Positions 19,019 to 28,215 are shown, counted from the stretch's first letter. The stretch is DNA of 52,188 bases from Candidatus Curtissbacteria bacterium (GCA_038326365.1 JBBQJY010000001.1:78128-130315), one strand, 5' to 3'. Made by a program: numbers and translations. The notes: generated from the letters alone by a model not told the origin.

Positions 19019-19594
19019 TCAAGCGTAGGAAGCTTGACCAATTACTTTAACTTTTTCCTTAAAGTCCGGCGTTTGCAGCTTAGTCAGATCAATGTCGTAT
19101 CTTGCGCTAACCATTAAGCCTTCAATAATTCGCCTACCCTCCTCAGCGACAGAGTGCTTGAGGTATTTAACAACAATAGGCTGAGAAACCATAGCTGCAT
19201 CTGACACTATAATGTCAGAAAATAAAATTCCCGCATGCACTGTAACGTGCGCTAAATTCTTTATTAAAAAAGAGTGAACTTTTTCCGAAAATAATTCTCG
19301 CTTTTTAATATCAATTTGATTCACGTTTACAGCAATCTCGTCGGGAAACAAGTCGAAAGGGTAAAAAGAAGTCGCCTGGAAAAGGACCTGATTCGATTTA
19401 TCAATCAAATCGCTAAACTTTTTTTCCATTAACTTCTTCTGTTTAAAAAACTCTTCTTGCCCTTGTCTGTCTCCCATAGAGGGTGGTGTGACGTTTGGTT
19501 CTGTTCTAGAGCTTTGAAACGAACTGTTCGAGATCTGATCACCAGGGCTCGAGTCATCGATATAAGGCCACAAGCTAAAAGAAGTATCTTGCAT
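19019..19594 (-). CDS. Hypothetical protein (possible bacterial PH-like domain)
   Basis: 191-aa ORF with a TAAAAT box 6 nt before the ATG; beta-rich core starting FPFDLFP-like. Confidence 0.6.
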   Translation of the reverse strand: MQDTSFSLWPYIDDSSPGDQISNSSFQSSRTEPNVTPPSMGDRQGQEEFFKQKKLMEKKFSDLIDKSNQVLFQATSFYPFDLFPDEIAVNVNQIDIKKRELFSEKVHSFLIKNLAHVTVHAGILFSDIIVSDAAMVSQPIVVKYLKHSVAEEGRRIIEGLMVSARYDIDLTKLQTPDFKEKVKVIGQASYA

Positions 19595-19660
19595 GGGTTT
19601 ATTTTATAACCCATAGGTGTTTATCAAGTATAAAAATTGTAAGTGGAGGGTAAGAAAAGT

Positions 19661-20212
19661 CTAAAAACCCAATTCTGGTGGCGCAACAGAAGGAGCAGTT
19701 ATGTTGTAAAGCCAGCTGAATTCAACAGTTACTAAATAGATCGCCAAAAAAATCTCCAGATTAATTAGTATGAATAAAAACCATAAAGTCCATTTTTCTA
19801 ATCTCTCGACTTTCTTACTTTTAAATCTAAAATAAAAACCTAAAATTGTTCCCAGAGCTGCCAAAACCAAAGTAATGTTTGAAAGAATAACAACCAAAGC
19901 ATTGGGTGCAACGGCACCAAATTGCGCAATACCAACCAATTGTCTAGGAACAGCAATTGTGAATATTTGTCCCAAACCAACTAGTAAATTACCTAGCGAA
20001 TAGGCAATGCAAAAAACAGGCAATGCCGCCGACAACAAATTCTTTTTGAAGGCAAGGTACAGTGCCAGGTACAAAGTTAAAGGGGGTAGCAAAAAACTCA
20101 AGAATAGATAACTCCCAACGCTCGCCTTCTTTTTTTGCTGGTTATTCAAAACGAGTTTGTCTAATTCATCAAGATTGCTAGCGGCAGCGGGGTCAATAGA
20201 ATTTATGTCCAT
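19661..20212 (-). CDS. Hypothetical 4-TM membrane protein
   Basis: Hydrophobic segments; start abuts the stop of the femX-like gene. Confidence 0.65.
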   Translation of the reverse strand: MDINSIDPAAASNLDELDKLVLNNQQKKKASVGSYLFLSFLLPPLTLYLALYLAFKKNLLSAALPVFCIAYSLGNLLVGLGQIFTIAVPRQLVGIAQFGAVAPNALVVILSNITLVLAALGTILGFYFRFKSKKVERLEKWTLWFLFILINLEIFLAIYLVTVEFSWLYNITAPSVAPPELGF

Positions 20213-21226
20213 TTATTTTCGACTCAAGCGCAATAATTTCCAACGAACCATATCTGCTAAGTTTAAGCTGTTATATACAACAGCGTTTACAATCAGGTCA
20301 TATGTCCCCACATATTCCACAAGTTTCGAACCATATCCCAGTTTAAATTTGTGAAACCCGTACCAGGGATCTTTAGGATCAGCATCTGGTCCCAAGGCCC
20401 CCCACATATCGAAATGCTTCAAACCCAGCCGTTTACCCAATGCAATTGCTTCGAAACAGACTAAATTAGAAGCCATGACATCGCGATGTTCGGTGCTGGA
20501 TCCTCCATATGGGTAGTAAAGCGTCTCGCCAAAGTTGAAAAGCATCCAAGCAACAAGTGGCTTACCCTGGTACTTTGCAATCAAGACTCGAGCAAGGCCA
20601 GCGTCTTTTAAAACTTTCCAAGCTCTTCTGTGGTATTCCGGTGTGTGTCCGAAATATTTTTGCCGTTTCGTCGTTTCAAAATATAGTTTTAAGTAAATTT
20701 CAAAGTCCGTGTCTGTTTGACTTTCGTAAACTTCCACGCCTTTTCTTTGTGCTAAGCCTATGTTGTACCGTGTTTTCTGCGAGAATCCTGCCAGTAGCTC
20801 CTCATTAGATTTAGAAAGATCAACAATGAAATTATATTTTGTAAAGAGCGATTTTTTTGAAGGAACCAAGCCAAGTTCAACTAATTTATAACTTGCGTGG
20901 TTTTTTTCGTTTGCAACAATAACATTTGGCTCAATTTTAATGTATGCCGCATTTTTTTTCTTCCCAAGGTCCACCAGAGCTCGAACCATATCACGGTCCG
21001 GCAAAGGGCCTTTGGGCAAATAGCCAATATTTTTTTTAAAGAACGGTACTGGATGAAATGTCAGCTGATATGCGCTAATGAGCTTATTGCCTTCGAAGTG
21101 ACCAAGGCGAACTAAATCCAAGCCCGCGGATTTTCTGAACTCGCCCCATTGCCAAGACTGAATGATATGGCCAACTGTTTTGTTGTATAAATCCTTCTCG
21201 CTTTCTCGAATTTCCCGAACTATCAC
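20213..21226 (-). CDS. FemABX/MurM-family peptidoglycan interpeptide-bridge aminoacyltransferase
   Basis: QSWQWGEFR, YLPKGP, IKIEP, KTRYNIGLA, YPYGGS, FDMWG, GFHKFKLGYG and EYVGTYD motifs. Confidence 0.9.
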   Translation of the reverse strand: MIVREIRESEKDLYNKTVGHIIQSWQWGEFRKSAGLDLVRLGHFEGNKLISAYQLTFHPVPFFKKNIGYLPKGPLPDRDMVRALVDLGKKKNAAYIKIEPNVIVANEKNHASYKLVELGLVPSKKSLFTKYNFIVDLSKSNEELLAGFSQKTRYNIGLAQRKGVEVYESQTDTDFEIYLKLYFETTKRQKYFGHTPEYHRRAWKVLKDAGLARVLIAKYQGKPLVAWMLFNFGETLYYPYGGSSTEHRDVMASNLVCFEAIALGKRLGLKHFDMWGALGPDADPKDPWYGFHKFKLGYGSKLVEYVGTYDLIVNAVVYNSLNLADMVRWKLLRLSRK

Positions 21227-21390
21227 AAAATCAATTATCCCACATAACTCTTTGCATTTTTACCGACAAATCAATATCATATAAGTAGTGAAGTTTAAAA
21301 AATATCAAAAACAACTCAAGAGGGAAATAAAGTCTATGAAAAATCAACTGAAGCTTCTAACTTACCCGAGTATTGTAATTACTTTAGTAA

Positions 21391-22092
21391 TTACTGGCGC
21401 GGCTGTTGCGTCTGCGTGCTCCTCTGCTGCAAATTTGGTGTAACGGCTCTCTTTTTCTTAACATAATCATAAATCAAAGAGCCTACCTCAAGAACTGCAA
21501 AAATTCCAGCATAAATACTCCACACGCTGGTTATTTGAAGCGCCGTATGAATGGCTAGCGACCAAACGGCTACGTACACGAATCTGTGCAAGCGTTTCCA
21601 CCATTTGCCCAGCCTTTTTACGGAATAATTATTGGATGTTAAAAACATAAAAAAGAAAATAGACAGGGCAATTGTGCCAAATATTTCAAATCCAACCGGA
21701 AGTGATATTGGATAAGCACCCGAAATCATCGGGAAAAACCGAATAAGAGCATAGTGAGAAAGACCCAGTAAAAAAACTGTTATGCCCAATTGCCGTCGAA
21801 AAAGCGTAATAAGCCGGGTAATTTTAATCTCAATTTTGAATCGACCCAAAATTCCTGGCAAAATAACAATCCCTAAAAGGATAAGTGCTGCCTGGCCGAA
21901 ATTTTTACCAATTGAATAGACTAGATAGTACAAATCGCTGTGAGTTAAGTTGATGTACAAACCGACAAGCATCGCTCCTGCCCAAACAAAATAGACAAGC
22001 GGGAACAATTTAATCAAAAATGGGCTTTTTCTCGCAAAACTTTCAAAAACCTTCGTCTGCCAATCTTTTTCAATTGGCACAATTTGATCCAT
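21391..22092 (-). CDS. Stand-alone MsrQ/YedZ-like ferric-reductase transmembrane protein
   Basis: RRQLG...LSHY, LTSN, WKRLHRFVY and AIH; about 6 TMs. Confidence 0.85.
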   Translation of the reverse strand: MDQIVPIEKDWQTKVFESFARKSPFLIKLFPLVYFVWAGAMLVGLYINLTHSDLYYLVYSIGKNFGQAALILLGIVILPGILGRFKIEIKITRLITLFRRQLGITVFLLGLSHYALIRFFPMISGAYPISLPVGFEIFGTIALSIFFFMFLTSNNYSVKRLGKWWKRLHRFVYVAVWSLAIHTALQITSVWSIYAGIFAVLEVGSLIYDYVKKKRAVTPNLQQRSTQTQQPRQ

Positions 22093-22390
22093 AAAAGAAT
22101 TCTAGCAAATTCTAATAATTATCTTTGGTGTTATAATTTGATCCTATTTTTGAATGAAACAGGATTAAATGGAAAAATTTATTGGTATTTATAATCAGGT
22201 CGAGCCTGTATGCGTAAAGAAATAGGTCTGCGGCTCGTTTAATATCCGTGCAGTTTTTCCCCAAGCATAATGCCGCCCTTTTCTAGATGCCGGCATCGTA
22301 TCTAATGCCCCTACTTTTGGCCTTGTTTCTGTTTCGAGCATATTTAAGACAGGAGTGAATTCTATCAAAATCACCCGAGCAAATACAAAC

Positions 22391-22419
22391 TTGTCTCAAT
22401 CTGACTCAAAGCATAAACT
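22391..22419 (+). promoter_or_regulatory. Leaderless sigma70 promoter of the pyruvate kinase-like gene
   Basis: TTGTCT, 17 nt, TAAACT, 6 nt, then GTG start at 22426. Confidence 0.55.
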
Positions 22420-22425
22420 GGGAAC

Positions 22426-23109
22426 GTGAGAACAAAAATAATGGCCACTATTGGTCCGGCTATTTTAGAACCAAAAATATTTTCAAGCATGGTTGAAGAA
22501 GGTGTAAGTCTAATTCGCATCAATACAGCATACGGAAACTTCAGGCAGTACGACCAAATACTGAATAATCTAAGAAGTCTGAAGCGGCCAGACATCGAAG
22601 TAGTTTTCGACGTAAAAAAAATAGAAGTGTTAGATTATTTTAACGCAAACAACCTGAGATACATTGCTCTGTCCTTCACCAATTCGCAAGACGATGTCGA
22701 AAAAATCAGAAAACTTTCTCCCGGCGCTTTTATCATTGCCAAAATAGAAACACAAGAAGGTGTCGAAAATTTTGAAGAAATAATGTTTTCTTCAGATGGC
22801 ATCATGATCGCTCGCGGTGATTTAGGCGAGGCAATCTCCCTGGAAAAAGTTCCTTGTCAGCAAAAAAGATTCACCCTTCTTTCCCGAAAGGCCGAGAAAT
22901 TTACAGTTGCAGCCACCGAAATGCTTCTTTCTATGGTAGACCATGAAACTCCGACTCGCGCAGAAGTCTCCGACGTCGCCAATGCGGTCTTTGATGGAGT
23001 TGACGCAGTCATGCTTTCTGAAGAAACAGCAATCGGTAAATATCCGGTTGAATGTGTCAACTACATGCGCAGAATTATAGAAGACGCTGAAAACTGCAGG
23101 TGGGATTAA
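22426..23109 (+). CDS. pyk: Pyruvate kinase, barrel domain only (no B or C domain)
   Basis: KIMATIGPA, RIN, IIAKIE, DGIMIARGDLG, ATEMLLSM and PTRAEVSDVANAVFDGVDAVMLSEETAIGKYP; 227 aa. Confidence 0.85.
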   Translation: MRTKIMATIGPAILEPKIFSSMVEEGVSLIRINTAYGNFRQYDQILNNLRSLKRPDIEVVFDVKKIEVLDYFNANNLRYIALSFTNSQDDVEKIRKLSPGAFIIAKIETQEGVENFEEIMFSSDGIMIARGDLGEAISLEKVPCQQKRFTLLSRKAEKFTVAATEMLLSMVDHETPTRAEVSDVANAVFDGVDAVMLSEETAIGKYPVECVNYMRRIIEDAENCRWD

Positions 23110-23732
23110 TGCTTAAATTATTTTTAATTCTGCTTATCCTTGGATTAATAATTTTATTTATACATTTTCTCTTTAAGAAACAAGATTTAATATTGCCTAC
23201 AGTTATTAAAAGGAGGCCACCAGTATCAACTACCAAAGAGCAAAGCAATCTATTACCAACGAAAAAAACAACAACACCAAATAACACCAACTCTTGGATA
23301 TATTTTTATTCGAGACTTTATGGCTATTCCTTGAGACGACCGGCTAATTTTAGAAAAGTTCTAGGAAACGAAGACTTATTTCAAGCAACATCTAAAGATT
23401 ATGAAGTTAAAGATGGAGTAGTTACACATGGCGCAATAGCCCAAACAATCACATCTGATAAAGAAAAAAGTTTTGAGGAGGCTTGGGGAAGTGAATCCAG
23501 AGTTGCTGGCCATGATTCCAAATTGCTTAATCGTGAAAATCTTCTTGTAGGCCAGCAAAAAGCCTACAAATATAAAATCCAAAATTCCGACGGTACAATA
23601 GAAATCCGCTATCTTACATACAAATCACCATATTCTTACAACATCAGCATTCTTACGGGCAAAAATTCTCTTGCCGACTCCGACAAATACGAACAAATCC
23701 TTGATGACATTGTCTCCACCTTCAAATTCTAG
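23109..23732 (+). CDS. N-anchored PsbP-like hypothetical protein
   Basis: TAATG coupling to pyk; TM; WIYFYSRLYGYSLRRP; C-terminal DDIVSTFKF. Confidence 0.65.
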   Translation: MLKLFLILLILGLIILFIHFLFKKQDLILPTVIKRRPPVSTTKEQSNLLPTKKTTTPNNTNSWIYFYSRLYGYSLRRPANFRKVLGNEDLFQATSKDYEVKDGVVTHGAIAQTITSDKEKSFEEAWGSESRVAGHDSKLLNRENLLVGQQKAYKYKIQNSDGTIEIRYLTYKSPYSYNISILTGKNSLADSDKYEQILDDIVSTFKF

Positions 23733-23894
23733 AACTTTAATTTAAGAGCGTTTACGCTGAGTTTTATTGAAGTGTTTGATTAAAATCATGCACAAAGGTT
23801 TTGCCCAAAGACAGTTTTTGGAAAACGTATTCGCTCCTAAATACACTGGGAAAAAGTACTTAACAGCAGGTTATGTTGTCACAGAGGCCACTTA

Positions 23895-25685
23895 CTAAAT
23901 TGATGAAATTAATTCTTCCGGTACATCAATTACAAATCGAGAGACTAAATTAGAAGAAGTTGTCCCGAAATAAAGTCGTTGAGTTGCATAGGTTAGATAA
24001 AGTTTTTCTTTAGCACGGGTCATTCCAACATAAGCTAGTCTTCGTTCTTCCTCCACCTCGGCGATGTCCAGCATTGCCCGAGAATGAGGGAACAAACCCT
24101 CCTCCATTCCAATTAAAAAAACATCCTCAAATTCCAAGCCCTTGGCCGCGTGAATCGTCATCATCGTTACAACATTTGGATTCTCTTGGTTTTCAAAGTC
24201 CTTATTAGGTGTCGTTTTTCCTTCCATCAGAGCCACGTTTTCCAAAAACAAATTAATATCTTCAAAATCAGTTGCAACTGACCTTAACTCCTTCACGTTT
24301 TCTACCCGCATTAAGCCCTGTTCTGTGCCGTCGTCAATTAACTTGAGGTAATTTGTTGCCTCAAGTAAAGCATCTATCATTTCAATCGTCGGGATTTTAG
24401 CCTCCTCAATTTTAAGTGCAATTTTGTCTCGAAATGTTAAAAAATCTATAAAGCGTTTCTTGCCCAGTTTTTCAATCCGACTTGTAGCAACCCGGTCTTT
24501 CGGGTTACAGATTATCCTCAAATACGAAAGTACGTCTTTGATTTCACGGCGTGCATAAAAACGTACTCCGCCGTAGAGCCTGTAAGGAACGTTGGCGTGC
24601 AAAAATCCTTCTTCTATTGTCCTGCTTTGAGCATTAGTTCGATACAAAACAGCAAACGCTGAAAATTGTTTGGTGGAATTCAAAATTCTGTCTACTACAA
24701 AATTCGTTTCATCAATTTCGTTTTGGGCGTTGTAAATTGTAATCTTTTCCCCGTCGGTGTTTTCTGTCCATAAATTGAGAACTGGATGAGCCTTATTTTT
24801 TGATATCACCGCATTTGCAGCTGACAAAATGTTTTGCGTCGATCTGTAGTTTTGTTCCAAATTAAATATTTTGGCCTCGGGGTAATCGCGCTCAAAATTT
24901 AAAATGTTTCTAAAGTCTGCGCCCCGAAAAGAATAAATTGCTTGCGATGCATCACCAACCACCGTCAAATTTCCGTGTGCTGACGACAGAAGTTTTGTAA
25001 GCTGATACTGGCTCGTATTTACATCCTGATACTCATCTACTAAAACATATTGAAATCTACCGGTGTACTTGGACAAAACATTTGGATAGGTGTTAAAAAG
25101 CAGCACAGTCTTATAAAGAAGGTCATCAAAATCACAAGCAGACATTTCCTTAAGTTCCTGCTCGTAAACTTCATAGACGGCAGATACGGTTTCTGCAAAA
25201 TATCCTCGTGCAAATTGTTTGTATTCTTCCGCCGACAACAATTCTCCTTTGGCCGAAGAAATTGAACCCAGAATTGAACTCGGCCTAAAATTTTTGGTCG
25301 AAATATTAAGATCTTTCATAATGCGTTTGATAAGCGATATGCAATCATCGTCATCGAAAATAACATATACCGAAGGAATACCGATAAATTTTCCGTCCGC
25401 TCGCAACAGCTTTGCACAAAAAGCATGAAATGTGCCTACATATGGCAACTCCCCGCGAGATTTTAGAAGCTTGGCAATTCGCTCCTTCATCTCATTTGCA
25501 GCTTTATTGGTGAAAGTAACAGCCAGTATTGATCCAGGGCTTATGCCTTTTTCAATTAAGTGCGCTACTTTATAAGTCAAAACCCGAGTTTTGCCGCTAC
25601 CTGCACCGGCCAAGATTAAAATAGGCCCTTCGGTTGCCACTACAGCCTCTTTTTGTTTGGGATCAAGGTCCGAAAGCAGATTCAT
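23895..25685 (-). CDS. pcrA: ATP-dependent DNA helicase PcrA/UvrD (no C-terminal Tudor-like domain)
   Basis: AGAGSGKT, VTFTNKAA, VDEYQD, QAIYSFRGAD, QNYRS, TIHAAKGLEF and EERRLAYVGMTRA motifs. Confidence 0.93.
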   Translation of the reverse strand: MNLLSDLDPKQKEAVVATEGPILILAGAGSGKTRVLTYKVAHLIEKGISPGSILAVTFTNKAANEMKERIAKLLKSRGELPYVGTFHAFCAKLLRADGKFIGIPSVYVIFDDDDCISLIKRIMKDLNISTKNFRPSSILGSISSAKGELLSAEEYKQFARGYFAETVSAVYEVYEQELKEMSACDFDDLLYKTVLLFNTYPNVLSKYTGRFQYVLVDEYQDVNTSQYQLTKLLSSAHGNLTVVGDASQAIYSFRGADFRNILNFERDYPEAKIFNLEQNYRSTQNILSAANAVISKNKAHPVLNLWTENTDGEKITIYNAQNEIDETNFVVDRILNSTKQFSAFAVLYRTNAQSRTIEEGFLHANVPYRLYGGVRFYARREIKDVLSYLRIICNPKDRVATSRIEKLGKKRFIDFLTFRDKIALKIEEAKIPTIEMIDALLEATNYLKLIDDGTEQGLMRVENVKELRSVATDFEDINLFLENVALMEGKTTPNKDFENQENPNVVTMMTIHAAKGLEFEDVFLIGMEEGLFPHSRAMLDIAEVEEERRLAYVGMTRAKEKLYLTYATQRLYFGTTSSNLVSRFVIDVPEELISSI

Positions 25686-25762
25686 AAGGAAAACTTAAAA
25701 TCGAGTATATCAGATATCGCCTCTTTCCTCGGGCACGAGCACAATATATAATAAACAAAAGT

Positions 25763-26026
25763 ATGGTTAAGATTTTAGACTTCTGGGCTGAATGGTGCGG
25801 GCCTTGTAAATTCATGGAACCAATTCTAGAAGAAATTGAGAAAGAACTAAAAGGTAAAGTTGAGGTTGAAAAAATCAATGTTGACGAAAATCAAGAACGA
25901 ACAGTCAAGCACGGAGTCATGTCCATTCCAACCTACATTATCGAAAAAGATGGTAAAGAAATGGAAAGAATAGTCGGTGCCACGCAAAAAGATAATTTCC
26001 TAAAAGTTGTTGCAAAATATGAATGA
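25763..26026 (+). CDS. trxA: Thioredoxin
   Basis: DFWAEWCGPC and SIPT. Confidence 0.95.
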   Translation: MVKILDFWAEWCGPCKFMEPILEEIEKELKGKVEVEKINVDENQERTVKHGVMSIPTYIIEKDGKEMERIVGATQKDNFLKVVAKYE

Positions 26027-26681
26027 GGCTCTACCGCTTGTTGTCGCCAACCTAAAGGCGAACAAAAGCTGGCAGGAAGTTTCTACTTGGATCGATACGG
26101 TTTCTCCAGTTTGCAACACTTTCACAGGCACAATTATTTTTTGCCCATCACATCCTTTTCTTACAAGCTCAGCACAAAAAATTAAATCTACAAATTCCAA
26201 GATTAAACTTGGTGCACAAGACGTTTCGTGTTTTGAACAAGGTGCCTACACCGGAGAAGTAGCTGCATCTCAGATTGCAGATTTGGTCTCCTTTGCAATA
26301 GTGGGCCACTCCGAGAGGCGACAAAATTTTAATGAAGAATGGCCAATTCTTCAAAAAAAGGTGGCCAATGCTCAAGCAGTCGGCATCGAGCCGATTTTTT
26401 GTGTCCAAAATGACGAGACGCCTATCGCTCAAAACGTCAAAGTCATTGCTTATGAGCCAACTTTTGCAATCGGGACCGGTCAAACCGATTCGATTGAAAA
26501 TATTACCAAGGTCGCGCAAAATCTTAAACAGAAAGGGGATTACATCGTCCTCTACGGAGGATCAGTTTCTAAAGAAAACGCCAAATCTATAGCCAATGAT
26601 CCAGTCGATGGAATTCTTGTGGGTGCAACAAACAGTCTAGATCCACAAAAATTTATGGAGATCGTTAATTCTTTGCTCTAA
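26019..26681 (+). CDS. tpiA: Triosephosphate isomerase (compact)
   Basis: NLK, GAQD, GAYTGEV, GHSERR, AYEPTFAIGTG and LYGGSV motifs. Confidence 0.93.
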   Translation: MNEALPLVVANLKANKSWQEVSTWIDTVSPVCNTFTGTIIFCPSHPFLTSSAQKIKSTNSKIKLGAQDVSCFEQGAYTGEVAASQIADLVSFAIVGHSERRQNFNEEWPILQKKVANAQAVGIEPIFCVQNDETPIAQNVKVIAYEPTFAIGTGQTDSIENITKVAQNLKQKGDYIVLYGGSVSKENAKSIANDPVDGILVGATNSLDPQKFMEIVNSLL

Positions 26682-26684
26682 TTC

Positions 26685-27851
26685 ATGCGCGATTTATCTC
26701 ATGAGGCTCACCATGAGCCAAGACACAAAAAATCTCCTATTGCCAAAATTCTAGTTCTGGCCTTCGGCTTGCTTTTTGTACTATTGGCAATTGTTTATTT
26801 TTTAAAAATCGACAGCTTTGTTTTTAAAGGACCAAAAACTGTTGTCCAGCTGATAACAGATGGCGGCTTAAAAAATACCGATGGCAGAACAAACATTCTT
26901 CTTCTGGGCATCGGGGGTAAAGGGCATGATGGGCCAGACCTCACAGATACGATAATTTTGGCATCTGTGGACAAAGATTCAAAAGATGTAATTTTGGTGT
27001 CTATTCCGCGCGATTTGTGGGTGGAAAGTGCCAAAGCGAAAATCAATTCAATCTATGCAACGGGTGAGGAAAATAACAACCAAGGACTCGAGCAAGCACA
27101 AAAAACCATAAGTAATTTGCTCGGTGTGCCCATCCATTACGCTTTTAGGATTGATTTCAATGGTTTCATAAAAGCTGTAGATCTGGTAAACGGGGTAGAT
27201 GTGACAATAGATAACTCATTTGTTGACCCAATGTATCCAATCAACGGCAAGGAGGATGATCTGTGCGGGTTGACCATTGAAACGCAAGATAAAGATGGTA
27301 AAAAAACGCAGGTTGTCAAAGATGCAACAGGTTCCGCAACACCACTTTCGGATATAACCGACCAAAACACACCTTTTATGTGCCGTTTCGAAACATTAAC
27401 GTTTAAAAAAGGGCCGATCACATTGGACGGTAAAACAGCATTAAAATTTGTCAGGTCGCGGCATGGAACCAATGGAGAGGGTTCAGATTTTGCCAGAAGT
27501 GCTCGTCAGCAAAAAGTAATTTTAGCTTTCCGTGAGAAAGTGCTTTCTAGCGACACGTTGACCAAACCCAAAACAGTAATTGATCTGGTTTCTACTTTTG
27601 GCCAATCAATAGACACAAATATCGGAGCGGATGAAGCGCCGCTTTTTATGAAGCAATTAACAAAAGTCGACTCCTCCAAAATTCGCAGATTGGTTTTGGA
27701 GGTAGTCGACGGTACTAATTCCATTCTCGTTTTTGGCGATTCCGCAAAATATTTGGGGCAATCTGTAATAATCCCTCGAAATAACGACTGGCAAGGGTTA
27801 TCTAACTATGTAAAAAGTGAAATCTATAAAAAAGAGGAAAAGCAAAACTAA
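26685..27851 (+). CDS. LCP (LytR-CpsA-Psr) family cell-wall glycopolymer ligase
   Basis: TM; NILLLG, TDTI, SIPRD, KIN and FVRSRH..SDFARSARQQKV motifs. Confidence 0.92.
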   Translation: MRDLSHEAHHEPRHKKSPIAKILVLAFGLLFVLLAIVYFLKIDSFVFKGPKTVVQLITDGGLKNTDGRTNILLLGIGGKGHDGPDLTDTIILASVDKDSKDVILVSIPRDLWVESAKAKINSIYATGEENNNQGLEQAQKTISNLLGVPIHYAFRIDFNGFIKAVDLVNGVDVTIDNSFVDPMYPINGKEDDLCGLTIETQDKDGKKTQVVKDATGSATPLSDITDQNTPFMCRFETLTFKKGPITLDGKTALKFVRSRHGTNGEGSDFARSARQQKVILAFREKVLSSDTLTKPKTVIDLVSTFGQSIDTNIGADEAPLFMKQLTKVDSSKIRRLVLEVVDGTNSILVFGDSAKYLGQSVIIPRNNDWQGLSNYVKSEIYKKEEKQN

Positions 27852-28112
27852 TTAGTCTCGAAATCCCGATACTAATTTCATCATTCCAAATACAAAGAAA
27901 ATAATTCCTAGTCCAAAGATAAGATAGGTAACCTCGGTCGAACCTGCATTGGGTAAGGAAGATAAAGTCGAACCAGTCACTCCACCAAGTCCTCCTTTAG
28001 TAACCGAAGAACCGGTAGATTGTGTTAACTGAGCAAATGCCGATTGGGCAAATGCAGAAAGAAGTGTAAGAGAAGTGCCTATTCCAATTAATTTAGCAAA
28101 AGTTTTTTTCAT
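27852..28112 (-). CDS. Small exported protein with an LPxTG-like (LPNAG) sorting signal
   Basis: Signal peptide AFA|Q, about 26-aa G/S/T-rich segment, LPNAG, hydrophobic helix, short charged tail. Confidence 0.65.
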   Translation of the reverse strand: MKKTFAKLIGIGTSLTLLSAFAQSAFAQLTQSTGSSVTKGGLGGVTGSTLSSLPNAGSTEVTYLIFGLGIIFFVFGMMKLVSGFRD

Positions 28113-28215
28113 GGCAGCGGATCAGTGCTATATTCAGCTTACAGACAATTTTCACTGTTTGTCAAGTCCGTACAATAACCAATCTAAACTTGGCTTATTC
28201 GGGCGATGTTTTAAG

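Noticed and set aside
18847-19050. Start-less open frame QAIALREGREERIRALEELWQDRPHH...
   Set aside because: No start codon or recognisable motif, and it runs into the convergent gene. At most a remnant.
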